Positions 19,744 to 31,059 of a stretch of 64,000 bases of DNA are shown here, one piece after another (position 1 is the first letter of the stretch; each line of letters begins with the position of its first letter). This stretch comes from Hydrurus foetidus (Eukaryota). The stretch covers positions 4,712,001 to 4,776,000 of the forward strand of contig UYFQ01000001.1 in NCBI GenBank assembly GCA_900617105.1, in the 5' to 3' direction. The notes beneath the pieces were generated by a model that searched no databases, was not told where the DNA came from, and worked only from the letters and a program-made list of their open reading frames with translations. The translations under genes and the position numbers were made by a program.

Positions 19744-20841
19744 TTGAATGTCAAGATAGCTTACGAGGCCGAGCTGGCCGCCAGAGGTTACAAGTCTGAT
19801 CCCGCGCAGCTTCGGGCGGTCGACGTTTTGCAGCGCTGCGCCGACGATTGGGCGGAATTCAAAATTCAGCGCTCCAACGCATTCAAAAAACTCATCCACC
19901 ACCCTGACACGCCGCGCGGTGTTTACCTGTACGGCGGGGTAGGGCGCGGTAAAAGTTTTTTGATGGACTGCTTTTATAACGCGGTTCCGATTCGGCGTAA
20001 AACCCGCTTGCATTTTCACGAGTTCATGCGCGAGGTGCACCGGGAACTGCGTGAACTGCAAGGCACCGTTAACCCTCTTGATGAGCTCGGTCGGCAAATG
20101 GCGTTGCGCTACAAGTTGATTTGCTTTGACGAATTTCATGTGTCGGACATCACGGACGCGATGATTTTGCACAGGTTGTTGGCATCACTTTTTGATCATG
20201 GCGTGGGCTTCGTTACTACCTCTAACTTGAAGCCTGACGACCTGTATCCGGGCGGCATGCATCGTGACAGGGTGTTGCCAGCGATTGCACTGCTCACCGA
20301 GCATCTGGAAATTGTCAATGTCGACAATGGCGTGGACTACCGCCAGAAAACCCTTGAGCAGATTGATTTGTACTACTCGCCGCTGGGCGAAGATGCAGAT
20401 GCAAACATGCTCAACGCATTTGAGCGGCTTGCCGAGGCACACGACGAAAATCCGGTGTTGCAAATTGAATCAAGAAAAATTTACGCGCGCAGAAAAGCGG
20501 GTGGTGTTGTGTGGTTTGATTTTCAAACCCTGTGCGGTGGTCCCAGGTCGCAAAATGATTATCTGGAAATTGCCACCCAGTTCCATACTGTATTGCTCAG
20601 CGATGTACCTGCCATGCCGATGCGTATGGCGTCTGAGGCGCGCCGATTTACCTGGCTTATCGACGTGCTGTACGACAGGCGTGTCAAACTGGTGATGTCG
20701 GCTGCCGTCGAGCCTGAAGCGTTGTACACAGAGGGCGCCTTGGCACACGAGTTTGTACGCACGGCGTCCAGGCTTAACGAAATGCAGTCGGCAACATTTT
20801 TAGCCTTGGAGCGCCGCAGCGTAGACACAAGACTGGTATGA
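19744..20841 (+). CDS. zapE: Cell division ATPase ZapE (AFG1 family)
   Basis: YGGVGRGKS, HFHEFM, CFDEF, RTASRL. Confidence 0.93.
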   Translation: MNVKIAYEAELAARGYKSDPAQLRAVDVLQRCADDWAEFKIQRSNAFKKLIHHPDTPRGVYLYGGVGRGKSFLMDCFYNAVPIRRKTRLHFHEFMREVHRELRELQGTVNPLDELGRQMALRYKLICFDEFHVSDITDAMILHRLLASLFDHGVGFVTTSNLKPDDLYPGGMHRDRVLPAIALLTEHLEIVNVDNGVDYRQKTLEQIDLYYSPLGEDADANMLNAFERLAEAHDENPVLQIESRKIYARRKAGGVVWFDFQTLCGGPRSQNDYLEIATQFHTVLLSDVPAMPMRMASEARRFTWLIDVLYDRRVKLVMSAAVEPEALYTEGALAHEFVRTASRLNEMQSATFLALERRSVDTRLV

Positions 20842-21461
20842 AAAAAGCGATTGTTTTTGTAGGCTTAGCCGCGCTTATTGGCGTGCCCTTTGCGCAGACG
20901 GCCATAAACCCTGAACGCCAGCGAATTGCATCTGAGCGTGCTACTGCGCAGGCAGGTTTTGATCGGCAAAGCGCGGCTTGCTACAAAAAGTTTTGGGTCA
21001 ACGATTGTCTGGATGACGTGAAGGCCAAGCGCCTTGAAATCGTTTCTGATCTGAGGCGCCAGGAGGTGGCGCTTAACGACCAGGAGAGAAAGGAAAAGGG
21101 TGCGGAGCAGCTTCAAAAGCTGGAGGCCAAAGCCTCTGTCGCCACCGAAATTGGTCGACAAAACGAGCGCGCTGTTGCGGTTCAAAAAGCGCAAACCCGA
21201 GCTGAACGCGACGACAAAAAGACCGCAGCAGCGGCAACCGCGTCGCCCAAAAATGGGTCCGCAGCCCAAGGCAGACAAGACCGCCAAACTGCAAAGCAAG
21301 CCAGCCAGTCAAACAAGCCGGCACAAATGGCAGATGAAGCTGAAAAATATGCCGCCAAGCAGAAAAAGGCCGAAGCCAGGCAGGCTAAAAAACGGCTGGA
21401 ACTTGAGGCCCAGAAATCCAAAAAACAGGCTTCGCCCCTGCCGTCAAGGCCCAATCCCTGA
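20838..21461 (+). CDS. Exported coiled-coil hypothetical protein
   Basis: Signal peptide, CYKKFWVNDC motif, K/A/Q-rich helix; overlaps zapE stop. Confidence 0.75.
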   Translation: MKKAIVFVGLAALIGVPFAQTAINPERQRIASERATAQAGFDRQSAACYKKFWVNDCLDDVKAKRLEIVSDLRRQEVALNDQERKEKGAEQLQKLEAKASVATEIGRQNERAVAVQKAQTRAERDDKKTAAAATASPKNGSAAQGRQDRQTAKQASQSNKPAQMADEAEKYAAKQKKAEARQAKKRLELEAQKSKKQASPLPSRPNP

Positions 21462-21478
21462 CGCGGCGTTGATACGCT

Positions 21479-22237
21479 CTAAGGCAAAGCTTCGAGCTTG
21501 ACGATTGCCAGAGACAAGTTGTCGCCGCCGCCGCTTGCTCGGGACCTGGCTTTTTGAATCAGAAATTCCGATGCTTCCCTGGGCGACAGCATTGACAAAG
21601 CCGACCCAATTTCGCTAGGGTTGAAGTAGTGCCATACACCATCGCTGCAAGCAATTAAAGTGTCGCCCGCAACCAGCTTGGGGATGTGATGGTAAGAAAT
21701 AGGCGGCGGGTCCTCAGTGCCCAGGCAGCCCATCAATATGTTGGATTGTGGGTGCACGTTTGCCTCTTCGTCGGTAATTTCGCCTTTGTCCACCAGGGAC
21801 TGCACGTAAGAATGGTCGACCGTGCGGTGTATTAATTTGCTGCCATGAAAATGGTAAATACGGGAATCTCCGGTGTGCACCCAGTGGCACTCGCCTCCCG
21901 GGTTGATCACAAACGCGGCCAGCGTGCTGTGCGGCTCTTCTTCAGTTGAAATGGCGGTTAGTTTAATAACGGTGTGCGCTTCATCAACGATTTGCTTGAG
22001 CATTGATCGCGTGTCGTCACCATCGGGAGCGTAACGCTCAAACAGCTGCTTGGCTGTCATCATGACCTGGTCTGAAGCCTTGCGCCCGCCACTGCGTCCG
22101 CCCATGCCATCGGCAATAATACCCAGCAGGCAGCCAGCAACCCGCTGGTGGCTAATCAGGCTAACCTGATCCTGCTGGTAGTCACGGTCACCCTTGTGGA
22201 TGCCGGTGGCGGCGGTGATTCGGTAGCTTTTTGACAT
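21479..22237 (-). CDS. PP2C-family Ser/Thr phosphatase
   Basis: ADGMGG, GDSRIY, CSDGVW, GDNLS. Confidence 0.92.
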   Translation of the reverse strand: MSKSYRITAATGIHKGDRDYQQDQVSLISHQRVAGCLLGIIADGMGGRSGGRKASDQVMMTAKQLFERYAPDGDDTRSMLKQIVDEAHTVIKLTAISTEEEPHSTLAAFVINPGGECHWVHTGDSRIYHFHGSKLIHRTVDHSYVQSLVDKGEITDEEANVHPQSNILMGCLGTEDPPPISYHHIPKLVAGDTLIACSDGVWHYFNPSEIGSALSMLSPREASEFLIQKARSRASGGGDNLSLAIVKLEALP

Positions 22238-22324
22238 AGTGCCTTCAATAAAGTGGAGCGCGTTCGCCCAGGGCCGCGGTATTTACTGGCGATATCTTTA
22301 CATTATCCGATAAGCTGCATAGCT

Positions 22325-22540
22325 GTGACAAACGATTTAAACCTTAACCATCACTCCCCTGAGCGCAGGCTAATTGATCTGAAGATCGAGCATGCGGACA
22401 TTGATGCGTTGGTTGACAGCGCCGTGCATGCTGTGCCAATAGACGAGATCATGCTCAGGAGGCTCAAGAAAAAACGGCTGCAGCTGCGCGATCAAATATC
22501 GCAACTGGAGTCGTCGCTAGACCCGCGCGAGCCCGCTTGA
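22325..22540 (+). CDS. DUF465 (YdcH-like) small protein
   Basis: LKIEHADID..RRLKKKRLQLRDQI; GTG start inferred. Confidence 0.8.
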   Translation: MTNDLNLNHHSPERRLIDLKIEHADIDALVDSAVHAVPIDEIMLRRLKKKRLQLRDQISQLESSLDPREPA

Positions 22541-24546
22541 TGAGGCTGGCTACTGAAGTTGAAGCGGCGTTTGCGCCCCACGGCGCCCTGGCCCGGGCGA
22601 CTGAGCAGTTCGCGGTAAGAGACGGGCAGCTGCAAATGGCTTTAGCCGTAGCGGACGCCATCGACGACGCAACCGTGCTGGTCGTAGAGGCCAGCACCGG
22701 GGTAGGCAAAACTTTTTCTTACCTCGTGCCCGCCCTGTTAAGCGGAGAGCGAATATTAGTGTCTACAGCCACCAAAGCGTTGCAAGACCAATTGTTCGGC
22801 CGTGATTTACCCCGGCTGGTTCAGGCGCTCGATTTACCCGTCAAGTCGGCATTGTTAAAAGGCAGGGCCAGCTACTTGTGCTTGCACCGATTGGGCTTGG
22901 CCCGTCAGGACCCAAGGGCTGACGATGCCGCATCTATGCGGTCTATCGCCAAAATTGAGATATGGTCAAAAACAACTCGGGCGGGTGACTTGGCCGAGCT
23001 GCCTGGGCTGGACGAAAAATCGCCGTTGATTGCTTTAGTGACGTCAACCCGAGAAAACTGCTTGGGGTCGGCCTGTCCACAGTTCAAGGACTGCCACGTT
23101 AATCTTGCCCGCCGTGAGGCGCTGGCTGCCGATATTGTGGTGATCAATCACCATCTGTTTTTTGCAGACATGGCGGTCCGCGAGTCTGGCATGGCGGAGC
23201 TTCTGCCAACTGTCCGAATAGCCATGTTTGACGAGGCGCACCAGCTCAATGAAACAGGGGTTCAGTTTTTAGGCACATTTCTTGGCACCGGACAACTGCT
23301 GGATTTTTGCCGCGACACGTTGGCAGCGGGGTTGCGATTTGCGCGGGGGTTGGTTGACTGGCAAGCGGTAGTGGGCTCGTGCGAGCTTGCCGCCCGTGCG
23401 CTTCGCCTGTGTGTGGGTCAGCATGCCATGGGCGCCAAATTGGCCTGGACGGGTAGCGCACCAGACGGCATAGGCGCGCAACCTTGGGCGGCGGCTCTGC
23501 AAAATTTACATGCCACCTTGATTGACATGGATCGCCAACTTGCTACGGTAAGCGAGATCGCGCCGGATTTTGCAAAGCTCTCCGACCGAGCGGCGACGCT
23601 AGCTGATCGCTGTGAAGGGTTTTTGGCCCCGGCCGCTTCCGGTTTTGTCAGGTGGGTTGATGTGGGGAATCAATTGCGGCTGACCGAATCGCCTCTAAGC
23701 ATTGCCGAGGCAGTTAAAACTCGTTTGATAGGTGCTCCGTCGGCGGCCGGAAAGACATGGATTTTTACGTCAGCAACTTTGGGCGACGACGAAAAATTGT
23801 CTTGGTTTACTGAGCCGTGTGGCCTGCAAGACGCCAAAGTGCTGCGAGTGGCGAGCCCGTTTGACTACGCAACTCAGGCGGCCCTGTACATTCCGCAAAA
23901 CCTTCCCAAGCCAGCCGATGCTGATCATTCGCAAAAAGTGGCCCAAGCAGTTGCCGCATGGGCGCGGCAACTGGGTGGCCAAACAATGGTGCTGACCACT
24001 ACGCTTAAGGCATTGCGGATTATTGGGCAGGCGCTGCAATCGTTAGTGGGTGACAGTGGTGAGCTTGATGTGCTTATTCAGGGCGTGAGTCCAAAGCGGG
24101 TTCTGATTGAGAAGTTTCGGCACGCCGGAGCCAACGGCAATCGTGGATGCGTGCTGGTCGCGTCAGCCTCTTTCTGGGAGGGTATTGATGTTCCTGGTGA
24201 CGCTCTGCAGCTATTGGTAATCGACAAACTGCCTTTCCCACCGCCGGGTGATCCCATGGTTCAGGCTCGGACTCAGGCGGTTGAGGCGCAGGGCAAAAGT
24301 GCGTTTAATGATTATTTTTTGCCTGAAGCGGTGGTGGCGCTCAAGCAAGGTGCGGGTCGTTTGATTCGGCGGGAATCAGACCGGGGTGTATTGGTTATCT
24401 GTGATGGCCGAATAGCCACTATGGGCTATGGCCGACGGCTGGTGAGGGCGCTGCCGCCGATGCGACTATTGAGTTCTGAACAAGCGCTGGTCGAAATGCT
24501 GAGCGAGCTCACCAAAGCTTCCACCAAGGACTGTCCACAGACCTAA
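22540..24546 (+). CDS. DinG/YoaA-family ATP-dependent DNA helicase
   Basis: EASTGVGKT, DEAH, FWEGIDVPG, QGAGRLIR. Confidence 0.93.
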   Translation: MRLATEVEAAFAPHGALARATEQFAVRDGQLQMALAVADAIDDATVLVVEASTGVGKTFSYLVPALLSGERILVSTATKALQDQLFGRDLPRLVQALDLPVKSALLKGRASYLCLHRLGLARQDPRADDAASMRSIAKIEIWSKTTRAGDLAELPGLDEKSPLIALVTSTRENCLGSACPQFKDCHVNLARREALAADIVVINHHLFFADMAVRESGMAELLPTVRIAMFDEAHQLNETGVQFLGTFLGTGQLLDFCRDTLAAGLRFARGLVDWQAVVGSCELAARALRLCVGQHAMGAKLAWTGSAPDGIGAQPWAAALQNLHATLIDMDRQLATVSEIAPDFAKLSDRAATLADRCEGFLAPAASGFVRWVDVGNQLRLTESPLSIAEAVKTRLIGAPSAAGKTWIFTSATLGDDEKLSWFTEPCGLQDAKVLRVASPFDYATQAALYIPQNLPKPADADHSQKVAQAVAAWARQLGGQTMVLTTTLKALRIIGQALQSLVGDSGELDVLIQGVSPKRVLIEKFRHAGANGNRGCVLVASASFWEGIDVPGDALQLLVIDKLPFPPPGDPMVQARTQAVEAQGKSAFNDYFLPEAVVALKQGAGRLIRRESDRGVLVICDGRIATMGYGRRLVRALPPMRLLSSEQALVEMLSELTKASTKDCPQT

Positions 24547-25330
24547 AGCCTTTGCTCAAAAATTCGCTTTTGGGATAGGTGGTTTCAAGCACTCGTTTGG
24601 CATCATCACGGAGCTGGACAATTCCCAAAGCGTCATACGATTTGTAAATGATGTAAGCCGCCTCTTCAAGTGCCGGCACGTTGCGGTATTCAGCAATCGC
24701 GGTTTGCGCTCGATTGATGGCGGCAACGTAAGCGCCACGGATGAAATAGTAGCGCGCCACGTGCACCTCAGATTGCGCAAGCGAATTGACCGTGTAGCTC
24801 ATGCGAAGCCGGGCGTCAGGGGTATAGCGTGAATCGGGGAACCGCGTAGCCAACTCTTTAAATGATTCAAAGGACTCTTTGGCTGCTTTTTGATCTCGCT
24901 CCGACAGGTCTTGCCGCGTCATTGAACCAAAGAGCCCCAAGTTGTCGTTAAAGTTAACCACGCCCTTGAGATACATCGCGTAGTCCAGCGCCGGGCTTGC
25001 AGGGTGGAGTCGAATGAATCGGTCCAGAGTCGCCACTGCCTGCAGTTGCTCGCCGCCCTTGAATTGCGCGTAGGCCTTTTCAAGTTGAGCTTGTTGCGCT
25101 AAGGGAGTGCCAGCAGCTCTGCCTTCCAATTTTTCAAAAAGCGGAATGGCTTTATCGTAAGAGCCCGAACTGGCTTCTTCCTTGGCTTCTGCGTAAAGCT
25201 TGTTGGGACTCCAGTTTCCGGTGGGATCCACGGGCGCCGTTGAACAGGCAGTCAATACCAACCCAAAACCGGTTACCGCCAAGGCAAGCGCTGGTCTTTT
25301 CAGAAGAACCGATAATTTACAAGTGAACAT
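24509..25330 (-). CDS. bamD: Outer membrane assembly lipoprotein BamD
   Basis: Lipobox LTAC, TPRs, RGAYVAAINRAQ; divergent from rluD. Confidence 0.95.
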   Translation of the reverse strand: MFTCKLSVLLKRPALALAVTGFGLVLTACSTAPVDPTGNWSPNKLYAEAKEEASSGSYDKAIPLFEKLEGRAAGTPLAQQAQLEKAYAQFKGGEQLQAVATLDRFIRLHPASPALDYAMYLKGVVNFNDNLGLFGSMTRQDLSERDQKAAKESFESFKELATRFPDSRYTPDARLRMSYTVNSLAQSEVHVARYYFIRGAYVAAINRAQTAIAEYRNVPALEEAAYIIYKSYDALGIVQLRDDAKRVLETTYPKSEFLSKGFRSVDSPWWKLW

Positions 25331-25348
25331 GGCCGCTAACCTTTAGAT

Positions 25349-26383
25349 ATGACTGAACCTGCAATCGATCACCCAATTATATCTAGCGCCACACCGCAAA
25401 GTGGTTCTGCGCAAGTCGATCAAGACTCCGCAGACGGCTGGGTTGAGTTGTCTGCCGTTGAGTTGCGCCGGGTTTCTGTGCCGGTAGAGCTGCATGCGCA
25501 AAGGCTTGACCGTGCTTTGGCTGTGGCGGTGCCTGAATTTTCACGCAGCTATCTTCAGCAGCTGATTCTGGGCGGTGCGGTGAACGTCAATGGCGTTTTG
25601 CAAACCAAAGCCTCTGCCAAAGTAAAAGCTGGCGATGCCTTGAGCGTTGAGCTAAAGCCAACACCCCAAAGCCAGGCATTCAAACCCGAGGCAATGTCCC
25701 TTGACGTGGTCTATGAAGATGACTTTTTGCTGGTAATTAACAAGCCAGCCGGTTTGGTGGTTCATCCCGCTCCCGGCAATTGGAGCGGTACGCTGCTCAA
25801 CGGTCTTTTGGCGCGCGACGCAAAGGCAATGCTGTTGCCGAGGGCCGGCATTGTGCACCGGCTAGACAAAGACACCAGCGGTTTGATGGTGGTCGCACGG
25901 CAGAGGCAAACCATGGATGAACTTATCAGAATGATTGCTGCGCGGACTGTTAATCGGCAATATCTGGCGATAGCGCACCAACAATGGCAAGGGGCAAAAA
26001 CCAAAAATGTTGAGCTGTCGGTGGGGCGCGACCCAAAAAATCGACTGCGCATGGCGGTAGTCGATCTTGAAAAGAATGCCGGCAAGACCGCCAAAACAGA
26101 CGTCACGTTTTTGCAGGGCAACCCAGATTTTTGTTTTGTGCAATGCAAGTTGCATACAGGGCGTACTCATCAAATTCGCGTGCACATGGCGGCGTTGGGA
26201 CACCCGCTTGTCGCAGATACCGTCTACGGCGGGCACCTCGCCGCTGGTATGCAGCGCCAGGCTTTGCACGCCACCAGGCTGGCTTTTGAACACCCGAGCA
26301 GCCGAGCCTGGATGCAGTTTGAGTCCCCCCTGCCGCTTGATATGGCGGCTGGGTTGTTTGAGCTAGGCCTGCGATACAATTGA
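25349..26383 (+). CDS. rluD: 23S rRNA pseudouridine synthase RluD
   Basis: S4 domain, HRLDKDTSG, TGRTHQIRVH. Confidence 0.92.
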   Translation: MTEPAIDHPIISSATPQSGSAQVDQDSADGWVELSAVELRRVSVPVELHAQRLDRALAVAVPEFSRSYLQQLILGGAVNVNGVLQTKASAKVKAGDALSVELKPTPQSQAFKPEAMSLDVVYEDDFLLVINKPAGLVVHPAPGNWSGTLLNGLLARDAKAMLLPRAGIVHRLDKDTSGLMVVARQRQTMDELIRMIAARTVNRQYLAIAHQQWQGAKTKNVELSVGRDPKNRLRMAVVDLEKNAGKTAKTDVTFLQGNPDFCFVQCKLHTGRTHQIRVHMAALGHPLVADTVYGGHLAAGMQRQALHATRLAFEHPSSRAWMQFESPLPLDMAAGLFELGLRYN

Positions 26384-26519
26384 GGGCGCTTGAGAAGCAA
26401 AAACCCTCCCGCTAACACTTTCATCGCGCTTTAGTTCATGTGCCCGCTAAAGTGGTGGTCAGCCCTTATTCATCGGGCGACAGTCGTTAAACCAGAACCA
26501 AGAACTGAGTTCCATACCA

Positions 26520-27158
26520 ATGAATACGACGGATGCAAAACGTGTCCTTGAGACGGCTCTTATTTGCGCTCCGCAACCTTTGCCGTTGCGAGAGATGGGG
26601 GTTTTGTTCGACGGGCAATTGACTGCTGACAGCATTAAATCAGCTCTTGAAGACCTGCAAAACGAATGGGCTGGCAAGGGCGTTGAGCTGGTTCAAGTGG
26701 CAACCGGCTGGCGCTTTCAGAGCAGGCCGCATATGCGTGAATTTTTGGATCGCTTGCATCCCGAGAAACCTCCCCGCTACACCCGCGCCACACTCGAAAC
26801 CCTTGCAATCATTGCCTACAGGCAGCCCGTTACTCGAGGCGACATGGAAGACATTCGGGGCGTCACGATCAACAGTTTGATCCTCAAGCAGCTCGAAGAC
26901 CGAGGGTGGGTCGATGTTATTGGCCATCGGGAATCTGTTGGCAGGCCCGCACTTTACGCCACAACGAAACAGTTTCTCGATGATTTAGGCGTTGAGTCGC
27001 TTGACCAGCTGCCGGCGATGCAGAGTAGCGATGCTCAGTCGGGCATGCTTGAACAAATCGAGTTCGGATTAAACGGAGTTCCTGCTTCGCAAGGTGATTC
27101 TTTTGGCGAGCCGGCCGCGGATGCCGAGCAGTCCGTCGAAGTCGATTCACCCACTTAA
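26520..27158 (+). CDS. scpB: SMC-Scp complex subunit ScpB
   Basis: [33 protein letters not shown]. Confidence 0.95.
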   Translation: MNTTDAKRVLETALICAPQPLPLREMGVLFDGQLTADSIKSALEDLQNEWAGKGVELVQVATGWRFQSRPHMREFLDRLHPEKPPRYTRATLETLAIIAYRQPVTRGDMEDIRGVTINSLILKQLEDRGWVDVIGHRESVGRPALYATTKQFLDDLGVESLDQLPAMQSSDAQSGMLEQIEFGLNGVPASQGDSFGEPAADAEQSVEVDSPT

Positions 27159-27162
27159 AATT

Positions 27163-28476
27163 ATGAATTCTTCCGAACCAACACAGCACGCTAGCGAGTT
27201 CCACGCCGAAAATAGTGGCGCAGGTCAGGCAAGTGGTGCAAACAGTGCCTTGAGGGCTGCTGGAGAAACCGCCGCAGTTACTCGTTTTGTTGAGGTCGTT
27301 ACTGGTCAATTCGACGCGGACGAGGCAGATGTTTCTGTCGGCACGCCGAGGCGTGTTTTAACGCCGCAGGCCGAGACCCCCAAGTTGCATAAAGTGCTGG
27401 CACAGGCAGGGTTGGGGTCTCGCCTCGAAATGGAGCAATTGATTCTTGAGGGTCGTATTTCTGTCAACGCGGAGCCGGCTCACGTCGGCCAACGTGTTCA
27501 GTTCGGCGACACGATTAAGGTCAACGGCAAGCTGGTGCGCATTCGTATTGATCTGCCTCCGGCGCGGGTTCTGGCTTATCACAAGCCGGTTGGTGAGGTC
27601 GTGACGCACGATGACCCCCAAAACAGACCCACCGTGTTTCGGCGCCTGCCCAAGCTATTTCAAGGAAAGTGGCAATCGGTGGGCCGACTTGACTTGAACA
27701 CTGAGGGCCTGCTGCTGTTTACAAGCTCTGGCGAGTTGGCAAACCGGTTGATGCATCCGCGTTTTGGGTTGGAGCGTGAATACGCGGTTCGCGTGCTGGG
27801 CGCACTTAGCAACGACGAAAAAAAGCGCTTGCTTGAGGGCGTTGCCTTAGAAGACGGCACTGCTCAATTTACGTCCATCGAGCCAGGCGGGGGCGAGGGA
27901 GCCAACTGCTGGTACAAGGTAACGCTTTCTGAAGGGCGCAACCGGGAGGTGCGGCGGATGTTCGAAGCTGTAGGTCATGCCGTGAGCAGGCTGATCCGAA
28001 TCCGTTATGGCGCAATGGTGCTGCCGCGCGGTTTGAAGCGCGGTGCTTTTGTTGAGCTGGATGAGCGCGAGCTGCATGCGCTAACGAGCGCGGCAGATCG
28101 GGCAGATCACAAGCAAATGAACGATGGGGAACCGACTGGCACTGAAGCACCCGTGCGCGGCACCAATACCGGTCAACGGCGAGGCGGCGCACCAAACCAA
28201 AGCCGCCGCCCTGGCCCAATGGGAGACAGGCCGCCAAACGGCTTGGCAGGTCGCCCAGGCACGCGCGGTGCGGGCAGTCAACGCTCAGGGCGTGGTCCTG
28301 GCGAATCGCAGCCAGACCCAATGAAAACTTCGTTTGGCTACATCGGCGCCGATGCTCTCACCCGCCAACGGGACGGTCAGATGCAGGGGCGACCAAGACC
28401 TGCCGGCGGTCGGGGAAACAACGGTTCTAGCGGCACGGGTGGCGGCAGCACAGGTCGCCGGAACAAAAATAGGTGA
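27163..28476 (+). CDS. rluB: Pseudouridine synthase RluB with G/R-rich C-tail
   Basis: [32 protein letters not shown]. Confidence 0.9.
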   Translation: MNSSEPTQHASEFHAENSGAGQASGANSALRAAGETAAVTRFVEVVTGQFDADEADVSVGTPRRVLTPQAETPKLHKVLAQAGLGSRLEMEQLILEGRISVNAEPAHVGQRVQFGDTIKVNGKLVRIRIDLPPARVLAYHKPVGEVVTHDDPQNRPTVFRRLPKLFQGKWQSVGRLDLNTEGLLLFTSSGELANRLMHPRFGLEREYAVRVLGALSNDEKKRLLEGVALEDGTAQFTSIEPGGGEGANCWYKVTLSEGRNREVRRMFEAVGHAVSRLIRIRYGAMVLPRGLKRGAFVELDERELHALTSAADRADHKQMNDGEPTGTEAPVRGTNTGQRRGGAPNQSRRPGPMGDRPPNGLAGRPGTRGAGSQRSGRGPGESQPDPMKTSFGYIGADALTRQRDGQMQGRPRPAGGRGNNGSSGTGGGSTGRRNKNR

Positions 28477-28608
28477 CTGCGTGGCTGTGGGTTCGGTATT
28501 GCCCTCGTTTTATGACGGTCATGGTGAACAAATTGTTGCCTCGCAGGTTAAACTCAGAGGCTGTGAGCAATGCACACATTTAAAAAATACCCACGCTAAG
28601 GAACGCAA

Positions 28609-29034
28609 ATGGCCATCGAAAGAACACTCTCTATCATCAAACCGGATGCGGTTGCAAAAAACGTGATCGGTCAAATTTATGCCCGTTTTGAAGCGGCTGG
28701 TTTAAAGGTCGTTGCTGCCAAATTGGCTCACCTTTCGCGCGGCGAGGCAGAGGCCTTTTACGGCGTGCACAAGGATCGCCCGTTTTTTAAAGACCTGGTC
28801 GGCTTCATGATTTCTGGACCCGTCATGATTCAGGCGCTTGAAGGCGAAAATGCGATTTTGAAAAACCGCGACTTGATGGGCGCTACCGATCCAAAGAAAG
28901 CCGCTGCTGGCACTATTCGTGCCGATTTTGCTGAAAGTATCGACGCCAACGCCGTCCACGGCTCTGACGCCGCCGAAACCGCCCAGGCAGAAATCGCGTT
29001 TTTCTTCCCTGGGATGAACATCTACTCCCGCTAA
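28609..29034 (+). CDS. ndk: Nucleoside diphosphate kinase
   Basis: [16 protein letters not shown]. Confidence 0.98.
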   Translation: MAIERTLSIIKPDAVAKNVIGQIYARFEAAGLKVVAAKLAHLSRGEAEAFYGVHKDRPFFKDLVGFMISGPVMIQALEGENAILKNRDLMGATDPKKAAAGTIRADFAESIDANAVHGSDAAETAQAEIAFFFPGMNIYSR

Positions 29035-29110
29035 ATTTTCAAGCGCCAAGGTGCGCCAAGCCGCACCTTAGATTGAGCGCATTGAAAACCCTGCAACTCC
29101 TAGCCCGATC

Positions 29111-30259
29111 ATGACAGTCAATCTGCTCAGCTACGACTTGGAAGGTCTGCGGGTGTTGTGTACAAGCCTGGGAGAAAAAAACTTTCGAGCTACTCAGCTG
29201 TTTCGTTGGATTCATCAACGAGGTGTGGCAAATTTTGAGCAAATGACAGACCTGGCAAAGTCCCTGCGGGACAAATTGCCAGGATCTGCGCACGTGGCGG
29301 GACTGCCCGTTGTATCCAGAAGCGACTCCTCGGATGGCACCATCAAGTGGCTGTTCGACGTTGGTGCTGGCGACGTGATTGAAACCGTATTCATTCCAGA
29401 AGGCGATCGAGGCACGCTGTGCGTGTCCTCTCAAGCGGGTTGTGCGGTGGGCTGTCGCTTTTGTTCAACCGGGCATCAGGGTTTCAGTCGTAATTTGACT
29501 ACTGCCGAGATCTTGGCGCAGCTTTGGTTTGTTGAACACACATTGCGCAGTGAGTTCGCCACTAAAGAACGGGTTATTTCGAACGTAGTCATGATGGGCA
29601 TGGGAGAGCCGCTTCAAAATTACGACCAACTGCTGCCTGCACTGCGGGTGATGCTTGACGACCATGCGTACGGGTTGTCCAGGCGCAGGGTAACTGTGTC
29701 TACGTCGGGTGTGGTGCCGATGATGGACCGCCTTGCCAAAGATTGCCCTGTCGCATTGGCAGTGTCGCTACACGCCTCAAATGACGTTTTGCGAAGTGAT
29801 CTGGTGCCATTAAATAAAAAATATGCGATTTCCGAGCTGCTCAAAGCGTGCAGCCGCTACCAGGAGTTTGCGCCGCGCGATTTCATCACTTTTGAATACT
29901 GCATGCTGGCGGGAATCAATGACCAAGATGAGCATGCTGAACAACTCATTGAGCTTGTTCGCGAACACGCATCAGGCGGTTTGACCTGTAAATTCAATCT
30001 AATCCCCTTCAACCCTTTCCCGGCTTCGGGTTTAACCTGCTCGACGCCTTCGCGCGTGGCTGCGTTTTCCCAGCTTTTACTGAACGCCGGCATCGTGACG
30101 ACCATTCGCAAAACGCGCGGCGACGACATTGACGCGGCGTGCGGACAGCTCGCTGGCAATATCAAAGACCGCACTAAGGTCACACACCGCATGATTGACT
30201 TGCGCAAGAGTATGCTTGCCAATATGCCTATCGTCTTAGGTAAAGGTCCGAGCACATGA
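29111..30259 (+). CDS. rlmN: 23S rRNA m2A2503 methyltransferase RlmN
   Basis: [27 protein letters not shown]. Confidence 0.97.
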   Translation: MTVNLLSYDLEGLRVLCTSLGEKNFRATQLFRWIHQRGVANFEQMTDLAKSLRDKLPGSAHVAGLPVVSRSDSSDGTIKWLFDVGAGDVIETVFIPEGDRGTLCVSSQAGCAVGCRFCSTGHQGFSRNLTTAEILAQLWFVEHTLRSEFATKERVISNVVMMGMGEPLQNYDQLLPALRVMLDDHAYGLSRRRVTVSTSGVVPMMDRLAKDCPVALAVSLHASNDVLRSDLVPLNKKYAISELLKACSRYQEFAPRDFITFEYCMLAGINDQDEHAEQLIELVREHASGGLTCKFNLIPFNPFPASGLTCSTPSRVAAFSQLLLNAGIVTTIRKTRGDDIDAACGQLAGNIKDRTKVTHRMIDLRKSMLANMPIVLGKGPST

Positions 30260-31059
30260 AGTTATTCGCCCTCGCTGCGCTATTTGTTGCTTACGTGTTG
30301 GCCTTGGGTGGGTGCGCTGCTGGCTCCGGCGGCGCAGCACCAGGCGGGAAAACCCAAGACTTGATAACCGAGTCAGATGAACCCGAAAATCGACGCCGCG
30401 CCAGGCTTCGGCTGGAGCTTGCGACTGGCTACCTTGAAAACGGGCAAGCCAGCGTTGCGCTTGACGAAATCAAGCAAGCGTTGATTGCGGATCCTACCTT
30501 TGTAGACGGTTTCAACTTGCGCGGGCTGGTGTACATGCGGCTCAACGACATTCCGCTTGCTGAAGATAGCTTCAAGCGTGCATTGGTACTGAATCCGCGC
30601 GATGCAGACGTTGCGCATAACTACGGCTGGTTGATGTGTCAGCAAGCCCGTTTTCCAGAGTCATTCCGTTTGTTTGGGCAAGCGCTTGCAAATCCGGTGT
30701 ATCGCGGATCTGCCAAAACGTTGATGGCCCAAGGTGTCTGCCAAATCCAGGCTGGGCAAAAGCAAGAGGCCGAAGTAAGTCTGACTCAGTCCTATCAACT
30801 CGACGCGGGAAATCCTCTTACGGGCTACAACCTGGCCAACCTGCTTTATTTGCGCGGCGACTTGGTGAAATCCCAGTTTTACATGCGCAGGCTCAATAAC
30901 AGTGAGCTTGCCAACGCGGAAACGCTGTGGCTTGGTATCAAAGTGGAGCGCAAATTAAACAATCTTGATGCCAGCCAACAATTAGCCACGCAACTGCGGC
31001 GTCGTTATGCGCAGTCACGCGAGGCGGCAGCGCTTGAAAGGGGTGCGTTCGATGAGTAG
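30256..31059 (+). CDS. pilW: Type IV pilus biogenesis/stability lipoprotein PilW (PilF)
   Basis: Lipobox, TPRs, HNYGWLMC; conserved position after rlmN. Confidence 0.9.
   Translation: MKLFALAALFVAYVLALGGCAAGSGGAAPGGKTQDLITESDEPENRRRARLRLELATGYLENGQASVALDEIKQALIADPTFVDGFNLRGLVYMRLNDIPLAEDSFKRALVLNPRDADVAHNYGWLMCQQARFPESFRLFGQALANPVYRGSAKTLMAQGVCQIQAGQKQEAEVSLTQSYQLDAGNPLTGYNLANLLYLRGDLVKSQFYMRRLNNSELANAETLWLGIKVERKLNNLDASQQLATQLRRRYAQSREAAALERGAFDE

Noticed and set aside
26462..26500. GCCC-N9-GGGC upstream of scpB
   Set aside because: The first dyad fits but the second is absent; could be chance
28100..28476. Gly/Arg-rich low-complexity RluB tail as an insertion
   Set aside because: Such tails are common in betaproteobacterial RluB, and no DNA repeat structure is evident
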